From a virus: a DNA stretch of 64,000 nt. Below, piece after piece: positions 10,055 to 19,044 of this stretch. Both the position numbers and the translations under genes were made by a program. The notes beneath the pieces were generated by a model. It ran no database searches, was not told where the DNA came from, and saw nothing but the letters and a program-made list of their open reading frames with translations. How positions within the stretch are numbered: the stretch's first letter is position 1; every line of letters begins with the position of its first letter. The stretch spans positions 32,001-96,000 of IMG/VR virus record IMGVR_UViG_3300036760_001167. The stretch is one strand, 5' to 3'.

Positions 10055-10354
10055 GGTCGTGCGCCCGCCGGTCAGGACCTGGGTGATGACGCAGCGCGCG
10101 CGGCCCTGCACCCACGTGACCTCGGCGCGGAGCACCAGCACGCCTCGCCGCCTCGACGGCACCTCGTAGGTCATGCCGGCACCGCCACGTAGGCCGCGTC
10201 CTCGAGCGGGATGCCGCGGGCGTCCATGAACCTGGCGCCGTAGCAGCCCCACACGCCCAGCATCTGGACGCAGTAGATCGCCTCGTGGCGCAGGCCCGCG
10301 AGCCTGCCTGCGGCGGAGCGGATGCTCGCCGGGACTCTCTCCTCCATCATCTTG

Positions 10355-11430
10355 ACCTCCTTCTCTCGGGCCCACCTTACACCGTGTCGGCCGAGAAGGG
10401 AACGGGCGCCTCCCACCGCTGCCGCCGCTCACGCTCGGGATCGTCGGGCCGGCTCGACACCGAGCCACCCATCTCCGGCTCGCTGCGCGATCGCCCGCGC
10501 CTCGTCCGGTCACTCCGTCCACGCATGCTGCTCCGGCCTCACCCTTGCGGGCGGTGGTGCTGCGGCGCCCCGCTGGCGGCGGGCGGGTTGCGGGATCGGC
10601 CCGCCAAGTTGTGCCCGCTGCCAGCGGGGCGCCGCAGGTTCCTAGCGGCGCCTTACTCCGCCAGCCGGGCGGCGGCGGGCGACGTGTCCTCCGGCCCGCC
10701 AGCTCCCCGAAGGTCGCGATTACGCGGGGCGGTCGACTTCGCTGCCACACCGCCCGGATTCGGGCGGAGGTTCTGGCGGGACCGAGGGACGGCGGGCGGG
10801 TGCTACCGTCCGCAGCGGCGTCGGCTCTTGCGACTCTCAGGGTTCGTCTGGGCATCTAGGATCTCGCGTTCCCGCGTCGCCGCGGGGCAGCACGTCCACA
10901 GCGTGCGCCGCTTCACCAAGAGGGGAAACTATTCCGCCCAACCTGGGTCGGGAGTCTATCCGAGGCTTTACGACGACCTCGGTCCCGTTTCGCCGGACTT
11001 CACTTGACCGGCTTCGAGAGCGGCGGAGGTTCCCGGCGTACGGAGAACATCTCCCGCCGAACTACCTCGCGCTCGCTCTCGGAGCCGTTCAGGCTCCGTG
11101 CGGCCGATCGCTTGACCGGCTTCGAGAGCGGACCCGTGTGCCCACGTCCCTGGGGCTGCGCTCTCGCGCTCCCTGGGTTCCGGCTGGCCCAGCGCCTCTC
11201 GGCGCGCTGGCGGTTCGGCCTGGCCTTGCACCTCTGGTCTCGCTCTCGGAGCCGTTCAGGCTCCGTGTCTTGGCGCTCGGCGGGGAGTACGATGCCCCGG
11301 AACTCAGGGGGAATCCGGTCAGGCCCTGAGGGCCGCCGCGTACCTCCTGGAACCGCGGGCCCACTTCGCCCGCCGAGCCGGATCTGCTTCTGCCGCTCTG
11401 GCTTCCACGCTCCGGTCTGTTCGCCTTACA
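10355..11430 (-). ncRNA. Candidate large structured non-coding RNA or leader (~1.07 kb)
   Basis: No convincing coupled ORF; starts just after promoter copy 3; duplicated 29-nt and 21-nt modules; 18-bp perfect inverted repeat; many hairpins. Confidence 0.55.
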
Positions 11431-11432
11431 TC

Positions 11433-11532
11433 ATCATTATCGGCAGCCGTGCCCCCGCAGCGTACCGGCCGAAGGGCCCGAGATCGCCTGGGCGTCGGCC
11501 TAGGCCGGAGGTCTAGTGTGGCGCGTACTAGA
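11433..11532 (-). promoter_or_regulatory. Conserved promoter/operator element, copy 3 (overlaps the terL stop)
   Basis: attatcggcagc ... cctagg-ccggaggtctagtgtggcgcgtactag. Confidence 0.8.
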
Positions 11533-13306
11533 TCCTGATGCGCTGGCCCGGCTTCTTGGGCGCGGGCTTCTTCGCGCGGCGCCGCTCGTCGGCCTCGCGG
11601 CGGAGCCGGCGCGCGTAGGACTCCTGCGGCTCCGCGGGCTTCGGCTTCCGCTCGGGCCGCGGCGGCGCGGGCTGCTCCGCGGGCTCCGGCTGCGCGTCCT
11701 CGCCGGGCTTCGGGTCCGTCTCGCGCGCGTACGCGCTCCTCTTCTTGGGCTTCGCGCCCGCGGCGATCGCGTCGCCGCGCGCCTCCCACGACAGCGCGCC
11801 GGCCGCGGCGGCGTCGATCTTGTTCGGGGACATCGGCGCCTCCTTCGAGATCGTCCAGAGCTGCCGGCCCTCGTCGTCGTACGAGGCGATCGGCTTCCTC
11901 CGCGTGTTCTCGACGTGCCGCGCCATCACCTCGTCGCCGTCGTGCGTGACGTCGCCGGCCTTGATCGACGCGGCGTACTTGCGGACCATGATCGCGGCCT
12001 GCTTCGGCCGGGACATCAGCCACGCGACCACGACCTTGTCGCCGTACTTCCCCTGCCACCTGTCGAGCAGCGCCTCGATGTTCGCGTACTGCGAGCCGGG
12101 GTCGACGTAGACGCGCCAGACCGACCAGGTCTCCATCGCCTCGGAGAGCGTGCCGTCGACCTCGTCGAAGTCGTGCTCGTAGTCGTCGTTCGCGGTCTCC
12201 GGCTTGGTCCAGATCCCGAGCGGCCACTGCCAGCCCGAGTCGACCTCGGTGGCGACCATCGCGAGCGCGTCCTCGTAGCGGGCGCCGTCGACGCCGACCG
12301 TGACCAGCGAGCCGGGCTTCGGCTGCTCCCGCTCCCTCTTGAGCTTGCGCCAGCGCTCCCCGTCGAACGCGCGGTCCTCGCCGGGCACCACGCGGTTGAG
12401 GAAGTAGCGCTCCGCCTGCGCGAGCTCGCCGCGCTTGAGGAGGTCGTCGATCTCGGACGAGATCCGCTCGGTGTCGACCCACCAGCTCGAGCCGTACAGG
12501 TTCCTGAGGACGCGCATGCGCTCGCGCTTGTTCTTGATGGAGCCGCGGCCGCCCTTGCCCATCATCCTGAAGACGCCGACGCCGGACTCGTGGGTCGCCT
12601 GCGCGACGCTCTGCTCGCTCGGGTCCCACGCGTTGCCGGTCTCGAGGAAGCGGCCGCCCATGCCGGCCAGGTTGCGGCGCTGCGTGTCGGCGAGCTTGCG
12701 GCCGCCGTTGCGCTTGGTCCAGTCGTGCGCCTCGTCCTCGACCGCGAACGTGATCCGCTGCCCGAGCCGGCTCCGGGCGCTCGCGGTGACGGGCTCGATC
12801 TTGCCGCCGTTCGGGAGGTTGATCCTGGTCTCCCCGGTGTCCGGGATCTCCGCCTTGAGGTTGCCGAGCTCGATCATCGGCACCAGCGATCGCCAGACGT
12901 TGGCCGTCTGGTCCTCCGAGACCGCCGTGACCTGGATCCACGGCGTCGCCCACGGCCGGCCGACCGGCTCGCCGTCCGCGTCCCACCCGTCGAACAGCAC
13001 GGGGCCGAAGGACTCGACGATGATCATGGCCGCGGCGAAGGGCCCCTTGCCGAGCTTCTGCGGCTCGACGATCTGGCCGCCGCGGTTGTAGCGGAACGCG
13101 CCGCTCGGCTTGGTCAGGTCCTTGACCGCGTCCGGCTTCAGCTCGTAGAAGTTGAGGACGAACTCCTGCTGCCAGTCCGACAGCAGGAACGGCTCGCCCG
13201 CGAACTCGCCGTCGGGGATGACGCACAGGTCCTGGATCGCGTCGAGCACTGCCCACCCGAGCGTCGGCAGCTCGCCCTCCGTGCGCGGCCCGCGCCAGCC
13301 CGTCAC
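11528..13306 (-). CDS. terL: Terminase large subunit (actinophage type)
   Basis: PTLGW N-terminus, PQKLGKGP Walker A, AVSEDQT, EDEAH Walker B, TGNAWDP, GVDGA nuclease motif, KIDAAAA. Confidence 0.95.
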   Translation of the reverse strand: MTGWRGPRTEGELPTLGWAVLDAIQDLCVIPDGEFAGEPFLLSDWQQEFVLNFYELKPDAVKDLTKPSGAFRYNRGGQIVEPQKLGKGPFAAAMIIVESFGPVLFDGWDADGEPVGRPWATPWIQVTAVSEDQTANVWRSLVPMIELGNLKAEIPDTGETRINLPNGGKIEPVTASARSRLGQRITFAVEDEAHDWTKRNGGRKLADTQRRNLAGMGGRFLETGNAWDPSEQSVAQATHESGVGVFRMMGKGGRGSIKNKRERMRVLRNLYGSSWWVDTERISSEIDDLLKRGELAQAERYFLNRVVPGEDRAFDGERWRKLKREREQPKPGSLVTVGVDGARYEDALAMVATEVDSGWQWPLGIWTKPETANDDYEHDFDEVDGTLSEAMETWSVWRVYVDPGSQYANIEALLDRWQGKYGDKVVVAWLMSRPKQAAIMVRKYAASIKAGDVTHDGDEVMARHVENTRRKPIASYDDEGRQLWTISKEAPMSPNKIDAAAAGALSWEARGDAIAAGAKPKKRSAYARETDPKPGEDAQPEPAEQPAPPRPERKPKPAEPQESYARRLRREADERRRAKKPAPKKPGQRIRI

Positions 13307-13746
13307 AGCCGGCCCACCCGCTCGAGCTCGTCCTTGGCGGCGAGCACCCTCTTCGCCTGCTCCTCGGACCCGCCCTCGTGGTCGGGGTGCGCGGCCTTGA
13401 TCGCGGCCCTGAACGCAGCCCGCGCGTCCTCCACCGACGCGTCGGGGCCGATCCCGAGCACCCGGAGGGCCGCCTCGAGCTTCTGGTTGGCGAAGTTGAA
13501 CCCGCTGACCCGCCCGAAGCCCTCCGCGGCGTCGGCCCTGTCCTGCGCCTCCGTCCGCCCGCGCTCGTCGCCGACGAAGACCCGCTCGCCGCGCGCGTAG
13601 GCGTCGCGCTGCTCAGCCCGCATGCGCGTGTGGGGCCCGGGGAAGTGCCAGTCCCGGCAGTCGCCGCACCAGGGGATCTCGGTCTTGGTCCCGTAGCGCT
13701 CGTTGAAGATGTCGGCCGCGCTGCGCTTCGCCGGGCGTCCGCTCAC
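13303..13746 (-). CDS. J-domain (DnaJ-like) protein
   Basis: LRVLGIGPDASVEDARAAFRAAIKAAHPDHEGGS with intact HPD; GTGA overlaps with both terS and terL. Confidence 0.85.
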   Translation of the reverse strand: MSGRPAKRSAADIFNERYGTKTEIPWCGDCRDWHFPGPHTRMRAEQRDAYARGERVFVGDERGRTEAQDRADAAEGFGRVSGFNFANQKLEAALRVLGIGPDASVEDARAAFRAAIKAAHPDHEGGSEEQAKRVLAAKDELERVGRL

Positions 13747-14177
13747 GACTGCACCCTCGGGACGTGGACCCGCGCCGGGCCCTTCGCCCTCGGCGCCGGC
13801 TCCTCCTCCTCCTCGATCGGCTCGTCCGTCTCCCAGCGCAGCTTCATCATCGCCATGGGCGTGAGGCCCAGCCGGTCCTCGAGCTGGCGCGCCTCGGCGC
13901 GGAGCTGCGGGTTCGCGTTCGACTGCTCGGACTCGACCAGGATCCGGACGTAGCGCGCGACCACCCGCACCCAGCCCAGCCGCTCCCACTCGCTCGCCTG
14001 GGGCGTCGCCCAGAGCTCCGACCAGACCGTCGCCTCCTCGATCGCCCCGATCAGTGGCTCGTCCAGCGGGAACGCGGGCGGCGGGCCCTTCCGGCCCTCG
14101 TACGGGAGCTGCCTGAACCCCGCGGTCGCCCTCCGGCGCCGGGTGAGCTCCGGGTCCTTCTTCGGGGGTCCGGGCAT
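13743..14177 (-). CDS. terS: Terminase small subunit
   Basis: MPGPPKKDP..., WSELWATPQASEW, EARQLEDRLGLTPMAMMKLRW (actinophage TerS pattern); upstream of terL. Confidence 0.85.
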   Translation of the reverse strand: MPGPPKKDPELTRRRRATAGFRQLPYEGRKGPPPAFPLDEPLIGAIEEATVWSELWATPQASEWERLGWVRVVARYVRILVESEQSNANPQLRAEARQLEDRLGLTPMAMMKLRWETDEPIEEEEEPAPRAKGPARVHVPRVQS

Positions 14178-14180
14178 CGG

Positions 14181-14480
14181 TCACAGCACCTCCCGGAGCC
14201 GGTCCGCGATGTGCTGCGCCGTCGGGTCGCCCGCCGCCGCCTGCGCCCGCAGGATCGGCTCCGCCATGCGGAGGAGCTCCCTCGCCCGGCGCGCCTTGCG
14301 GACCTCGTCCCAGCGCTTGTGCTGCGTCGCGCTGATCTTGCCGGCGCGGTCGAGCGGCGCCGGCCGATCGCCCGAGCCTGAGCTCGCCGGCGGGTGATCC
14401 TCGGCCTGGCCATCCTGGGCTAGGTCGACCGGCCTAGGCTGCGCGCGGCCGGCCTGGCGCTGCCTGCGGGACCGTCCCAT
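14181..14480 (-). CDS. Basic hypothetical protein, probably leaderless
   Basis: ATG lies a few nt after a GTAAGAT box; Arg-rich. Confidence 0.55.
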   Translation of the reverse strand: MGRSRRQRQAGRAQPRPVDLAQDGQAEDHPPASSGSGDRPAPLDRAGKISATQHKRWDEVRKARRARELLRMAEPILRAQAAAGDPTAQHIADRLREVL

Positions 14481-14489
14481 GTAGCTATC

Positions 14490-15025
14490 TTACACCGAGT
14501 AACTCCCGGCCGGATCCCGTTCACAGGGGCTCGGGCCTACTACGCCGGTCGGTCGGTGAAAGACAGGTCTTTGCCAAGCCCCGCCCTCCATTCGGACGGT
14601 GACCTTCACCCAAGGACCTAGGCCGCGGCCTCAGCGACTACAGACCTAGGTCCTATCAGGCCGCGCATCGGACCTAGAAGACGTAGCTCAACGTGACGCC
14701 CGCCCGATGTGACTAGACCGATATGGCCACGGGCCCTGTGGCCTAGGGCGGCCGATCGGGCCGGCACGATCGGGCAGCCTAGGCCGTGTTGCGATCCGCG
14801 ATCGCCCAAGGGCCTAGGCCGTCGACGCCCTGCGCGACGATCGGGCGGCCTACGCCCGGCGAGATCGAAGGGCCTAGGCCGCTCCCGTCTCTGGCGACTT
14901 TCCGCAGGCTAGGCCTTGCGGTCTTGCGGCGAGATCGAAGGGCCTAGGCCGGCGACTTTCGGGCCGGCGACTTCCGGCCTGTTAGGCCCGGCGACTTTCC
15001 GGCCGATAGCTGGCGACTTTCCGGG
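14490..15025. repeat. CTAG/CCTAGG-rich repeat block; candidate genome terminus or packaging site
   Basis: About ten CTAG sites; gggcctaggccg x3; ggcgagatcgaagggcctaggccg x2; ggcgactt(t)c x5; lies between HNH/Dam and terS. Confidence 0.6.
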
Positions 15026-15534
15026 ACCATGACCTGCCAGCGCCCGGGCAGCGGCTCCGGGTCGCCTGGCCGCATCACGACGATCGCGGGCGCGAACGGC
15101 GCCTGCACACGCCCGCCGTCGAAGCGGATCCGGCCGCGGACCAGCCTCACCTCCGAGCCCGCGCAGCTCGCCTGCCACCACCGCGTCTCGGTGCGCGCGG
15201 GGAGCAGGCAGACGACCACGATCCCGCCGCGCGCCTCGAGCCTCGCGCGCGCGACGAAGTCCGGGGTGTGCTTGGAGTAGGGCGGGTTCAGGAAGGCGGC
15301 CTGCCCGCGCCTGGCCCAGCGGCCCGGCGAGAGCGCGTCGGCCATGAAGCCGCCGGGCCCGATCCACCGGGCGGCCTTGTGGTTGGCCTCGTTCGCGGCC
15401 GCGTCTACGGCGAAGCGGAACTCCCGGTCCAGCTCGTCGTAGAGCTCCCGCGGGGTCCCGTAGTCCGTCTTAGCCGCGGCGGTCGCCGGGTTCGCCCCGC
15501 CGAACGTCGTCGCGCTACCCCGGCCTCCTGCCAC
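14944..15534 (-). CDS. Phage DNA N6-adenine methyltransferase (Dam-like)
   Basis: YGTPRELYDELDREFRFAVDAAA, FLNPPYS, LLPARTETRWW, RGRIRF. Confidence 0.92.
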   Translation of the reverse strand: MAGGRGSATTFGGANPATAAAKTDYGTPRELYDELDREFRFAVDAAANEANHKAARWIGPGGFMADALSPGRWARRGQAAFLNPPYSKHTPDFVARARLEARGGIVVVCLLPARTETRWWQASCAGSEVRLVRGRIRFDGGRVQAPFAPAIVVMRPGDPEPLPGRWQVMVPESRQLSAGKSPGLTGRKSPARKSPA

Positions 15535-15901
15535 CCAGCACCTCCTTGGCCGTCTTCTCGGAGTGCGACCTCTTGCAGCGCCCCTCCACGGACTCGCGCG
15601 CGAACGGGTCGCCGCCCTCGGCGAGGATCTGCCGCAGCGGCGGCGTGTGGTCCAGGTCCGTCCACGGCGACCTGCAGCCGCACAGGCAGAACGGCTGCTC
15701 TCGCCTGACCCTCCGCCGAAGCGCCCGCCAGCGCGGCGAGTCGTAGACCCAGCGCCAGTCCGCGGACCGGCCCTTGTACCGCGAGTCCTGGGCGGCGTTG
15801 CGCTCCGCCTCGTGCTTCGGGCAGCGCTCCGTCCCGCCGGGAACCAGCTCCGGGCACCCGTCCTCGGCGCATACGTGCTGCCTGCGGCTCGCCCGGCTCA
15901 C
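15515..15901 (-). CDS. HNH endonuclease (terminase-associated type)
   Basis: N-terminal CAEDGCPELV..RCPKH zinc finger; YDSPRWRALR; C..DLDHTPP..GGD..RCKRSHSEKT. Confidence 0.85.
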   Translation of the reverse strand: MSRASRRQHVCAEDGCPELVPGGTERCPKHEAERNAAQDSRYKGRSADWRWVYDSPRWRALRRRVRREQPFCLCGCRSPWTDLDHTPPLRQILAEGGDPFARESVEGRCKRSHSEKTAKEVLGGRRPG

Positions 15902-17381
15902 GTGATCATCGCCTTGGCCGCGCACGCGACGCAGAGCTCGCCGAGCCCCGGGTCGTGCTTGAGGTACGTCCCGAGCGGCATCGTGCCCGCGAACGCGGGG
16001 ATCCCCCACCTGCCGCAGAGGGCGAACCAGACCCCGCGCGCGGCGCTCTGCTTGATGTGGCGCGGCCCGCCGTCCTCGATCATGAACGTCACCGCGGGTC
16101 TCCGCTCCGCGGTCACCGGTCGACCCCCGCCCAAGCTGCCCAGATGAGGGCGCACCCGACGGCGAACACCCCGACGCACAGCACCGCGAGGAGCATCATC
16201 GGTCGAGCATCCTGACCAGCCCCTCGCGCGCGAGCCGGCGCGCCTCGTCGACGGGCAGCGCGATCCACAGCGCGCGGTGCCGGCCCAGCTTCCACGAGAC
16301 CGTGACGTACCGGCGGCCGCAGTTCGGGCAGGTCCTCACGCGCGCCCGCAGTCGCAGCAGCCCTGCCGCGCGTGGACCGCGCAGTCGCCGCTCGTCGTGT
16401 GAGGGCCGGAGTTGTGCGCCGCGCAGTAGAGCCGCGACAGGCACGGGCACTCGGCGCAGGCGCAGTCCCCGCCGTCGCTCACGGGCGAAGCACCGCCACG
16501 CACCAGCGGCCCGCGTGGACGTAGACCGTCGCCTTGACGCCGAACTGGCCGCTGTACCGCTCGCTCCAGAGCGGCCGCATCCGCGAGTGGTCGCGCAGCG
16601 CGAGGCCCCAGCCCAGGACGCGGAACCACCCCTCGCGATCGCCCCTGTACCAGCGGCCCGATAGCATCCGTGCAGTCGTCATCCCGGGTAGCTTCCCTCG
16701 CGCGCCGCGCAGCGCCTGCACGTGGCCGGGCTGGTGGTCGGGACGCCGCGGCCTCCGAGCCAGCGGCCCGGGTCGACCTCGCTGGTCCAGAAGGGCACGC
16801 CGCAGAGCGTGACCCACCGCGCGAGCGTCGACTCGCGGCGCACGTGGACCTTCCCCGTCCAGAGCTCTACCCTCACGCCGGCCTCCACTGCCTCGCCGCG
16901 AGCTCGGCCGCGGCCTTGTCGTACGCCTCGTTCAGCGTCGTCCCCCGGCGCTCCACGCCGCGGCCGCCGCACACCCAGCAGCTCCAGACGCCGGCCTCGT
17001 CGGACCACTCCACGCCGCAGGCGGGGCAGCAGAGCGTTGCCACGCGCTCACCTCCACCAGCAGCAGTCGCACCAGCGGGCCCGGCACCCGCACCGCGCGA
17101 GGCCGGCCGCGTGCCGGAGCCTGGACAGCAGGTGCCGCGCGCGCCTCGCGCGCGAGGAGCCGATCGCCCGGACCTCCCGCGCGTCCCGCAGCCCGTGGTA
17201 CCGGCGGCCGGTCACGCGAGCCTCGCCTTCGCCGCGAGGTACTCCAGCGCCCCCGGCGCGTCCTCGCCGTACTCCTCGCGGAACAGCCCGGCGAGCAGGA
17301 CCAGCGAGAACCCGCCCGCTCCCGGCGACTCCCACAGGCGCACGAGCCGGCGGTCGCGGCGGCGGGCTAGCAGGCGGCGGA

Positions 17382-17720
17382 TCACTGGGCACGCGCCGAT
17401 CGCGCGGTTCGGTCGCGGTGGTACGCGTCCATCTTCGCCTGGACCGTCGCCGGGTCGCCGTGAAGGAACTCGGCGAGGCCGACCGGCTCGAGCGCGTCGG
17501 CGCGCAGGCCGCGCGCGAGCTCCGCGAGCTCCTGCGCGTACCGGAACCCGAGCTGCGCGAGCGTCAAGGCGCCGAGCTTCGCGCGGAGCGAGGCGACCTC
17601 GGTCTTCGTCGTCTTGAGCGAGGTCCCGCGGCGGTCCGCGACCTCCCGCATGCGCATCCCCGCGCAGAGCATGCGCGCCACCTCGTGCTCCGAGCGGGAG
17701 ATCGGGCCGAACGTGCTCAC
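17382..17720 (-). CDS. Stand-alone LuxR-type HTH protein
   Basis: ISRSEHEVARMLCAGMRMREVADRRGTSLKTTKTEVASLRAKLG. Confidence 0.75.
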   Translation of the reverse strand: MSTFGPISRSEHEVARMLCAGMRMREVADRRGTSLKTTKTEVASLRAKLGALTLAQLGFRYAQELAELARGLRADALEPVGLAEFLHGDPATVQAKMDAYHRDRTARSARAQ

Positions 17721-18026
17721 CTCTTCCCCCGCCACATCTCGGCGAGCACGCGGAGGAACAGCGCCATGGAGATCAGCACCAGGCCGACCGCGCCGACGTG
17801 CTCCAAGTGCAGGAACTGAAGGACGTCCTGGTGCGTCATCGTCAGACCTCCTCCATGTCCAGCCGGAGCCGCGCGATCGCCGCCTGCTCGTTCGACATCT
17901 CGCTCGCGTCGCGCGCCGCGAGGAAGGACCCGATGTCCGCCTCGAGCTGCAGGACGCGGCGCTCGCACGCGCGGGCCCGGATCCTGCAGAGGACCAGCCT
18001 CTGCACGAGCGCGGCCTTGGGCGAGA

Positions 18027-18680
18027 TCATGCGGACGCCAGCCGCGCGGGCCGGAGCGCGTCGGCCGCGCGCCGCGGCGCCCTGCGGAGCCACGCGCGCA
18101 GCCTGTGCGGCCACGTCCTGAGCCTGACGACCGCGAACGCCTCGGGCCTGTAGACCGAGACGGCCGCCTGCTGCTGGACCCTGATCGCGGTCAGCGGCCT
18201 GGCGAAGAACTCGTCGCCGACCGACTCGCCGACGTCGACCGCGGGCGTGCCCTGGAGCCAGAGCTGGGCGGCCTGCCCGAACGCGCCCACGACCGCCTGG
18301 TCGCCGCGCGTCCTGGCCGTGCCCACCGCGAGCTGGGTCCGGCGCTCGACGCGGCGGGCGCAGCGTCGGATGGCCCGCTCGTTGGTCTCCAGCGGCCGGA
18401 CGCGGCGGCGCTCGGCGCCGGAGTCCTCGATCCTGCGCGCGACGAAGCCGCCCAGCGCGTTCTGGAACAGCGGCAGCGCGCGGGCCTGCACGTACGCCGT
18501 GACCGCCGGCCCGTCACCGGCCATGTCCGCCGTGATCGGCAGGAGCATCGCGACCCGCTCCACGTCCGTGTCCACGACGTCGAAGTCGAACTCGCCGCCG
18601 CGCCTCTTCCGCTCGGCGATGTACCTGACCCTGTTCGACCTGACCTCGCCGACCGCCACCATCTCCTGGATGCCGCTCAT
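18027..18680 (-). CDS. Truncated/degenerate HK97-fold major capsid homologue
   Basis: SNRVRYIAE; FDVVDTDVERVAMLLPITADMAGDGPAVTAYVQAR; AVVGAFGQAAQLW...DEFFARPLTAIRVQQQAAVSVYRPEAFAVVRL resemble conserved HK97 capsid segments; only 217 aa. Confidence 0.7.
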   Translation of the reverse strand: MSGIQEMVAVGEVRSNRVRYIAERKRRGGEFDFDVVDTDVERVAMLLPITADMAGDGPAVTAYVQARALPLFQNALGGFVARRIEDSGAERRRVRPLETNERAIRRCARRVERRTQLAVGTARTRGDQAVVGAFGQAAQLWLQGTPAVDVGESVGDEFFARPLTAIRVQQQAAVSVYRPEAFAVVRLRTWPHRLRAWLRRAPRRAADALRPARLASA

Positions 18681-18843
18681 CGTGCCCCCTTCGCCTCGAG
18701 CTCCGCGATCTCCAGCATGAGCCGCGCGAGCGCGTCCCTGTCCCCGCCGGCCGCCTTGCACGTGTCGCAGCCCGCCTCGTGCTCGGGCGTGCCCTCGCGC
18801 GAGAGCGCGACGGACGCGATCGACTCCATCAGCAGGAACGGGT

Positions 18844-19044
18844 TCACTCGCCCGCCGCCCACGCCGCGGCCAGCTGGGCCAGCGTCCTCGCGCCCGCCTT
18901 GCGCATCGCGCAGCCGGCCTGGTACTTGACGGTCTTGTCCGACGTCCCCCGCTCCTCCGCGATCTCCGCGTACCGCTTGCCGTCGCAGAGCGCGCGGACG
19001 ACCTCCTCCTCCGCCCGCGTCAGGCCCCAGTCCTCGCGGCTCAC
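18844..19044 (-). CDS. Stand-alone LuxR-type HTH protein
   Basis: GLTRAEEEVVRALCDGKRYAEIAEERGTSDKTVKYQ...MRKAGARTLAQL. Confidence 0.8.
   Translation of the reverse strand: MSREDWGLTRAEEEVVRALCDGKRYAEIAEERGTSDKTVKYQAGCAMRKAGARTLAQLAAAWAAGE

Larger units (their letters stand above)
4495..10350 (-). other. Cluster of small, coupled hypothetical ORFs, many with CxxC motifs (putative early/host-takeover region)
   Basis: Chains of short ORFs with start/stop overlaps, e.g. 5383-5700, 5873-6316, 6316-6702, 6862-7224, 7320-7511, 7650-8309, 9669-9917. Confidence 0.65.

Noticed and set aside
10990-11270. Alternating repeats as a CRISPR or other guide array
   Set aside because: Only two units with unequal inserts that are closed by pairing between the repeats; no cas or effector gene nearby. 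A structured-RNA duplication fits better.
10355-11430. tmRNA, RNase P RNA, hammerhead or twister ribozyme
   Set aside because: Only partial word matches (GAAGTCCGG, GCCGGTC); no tRNA-like ends, no complete P4 motif and no CUGANGA/GAAA core found by eye.
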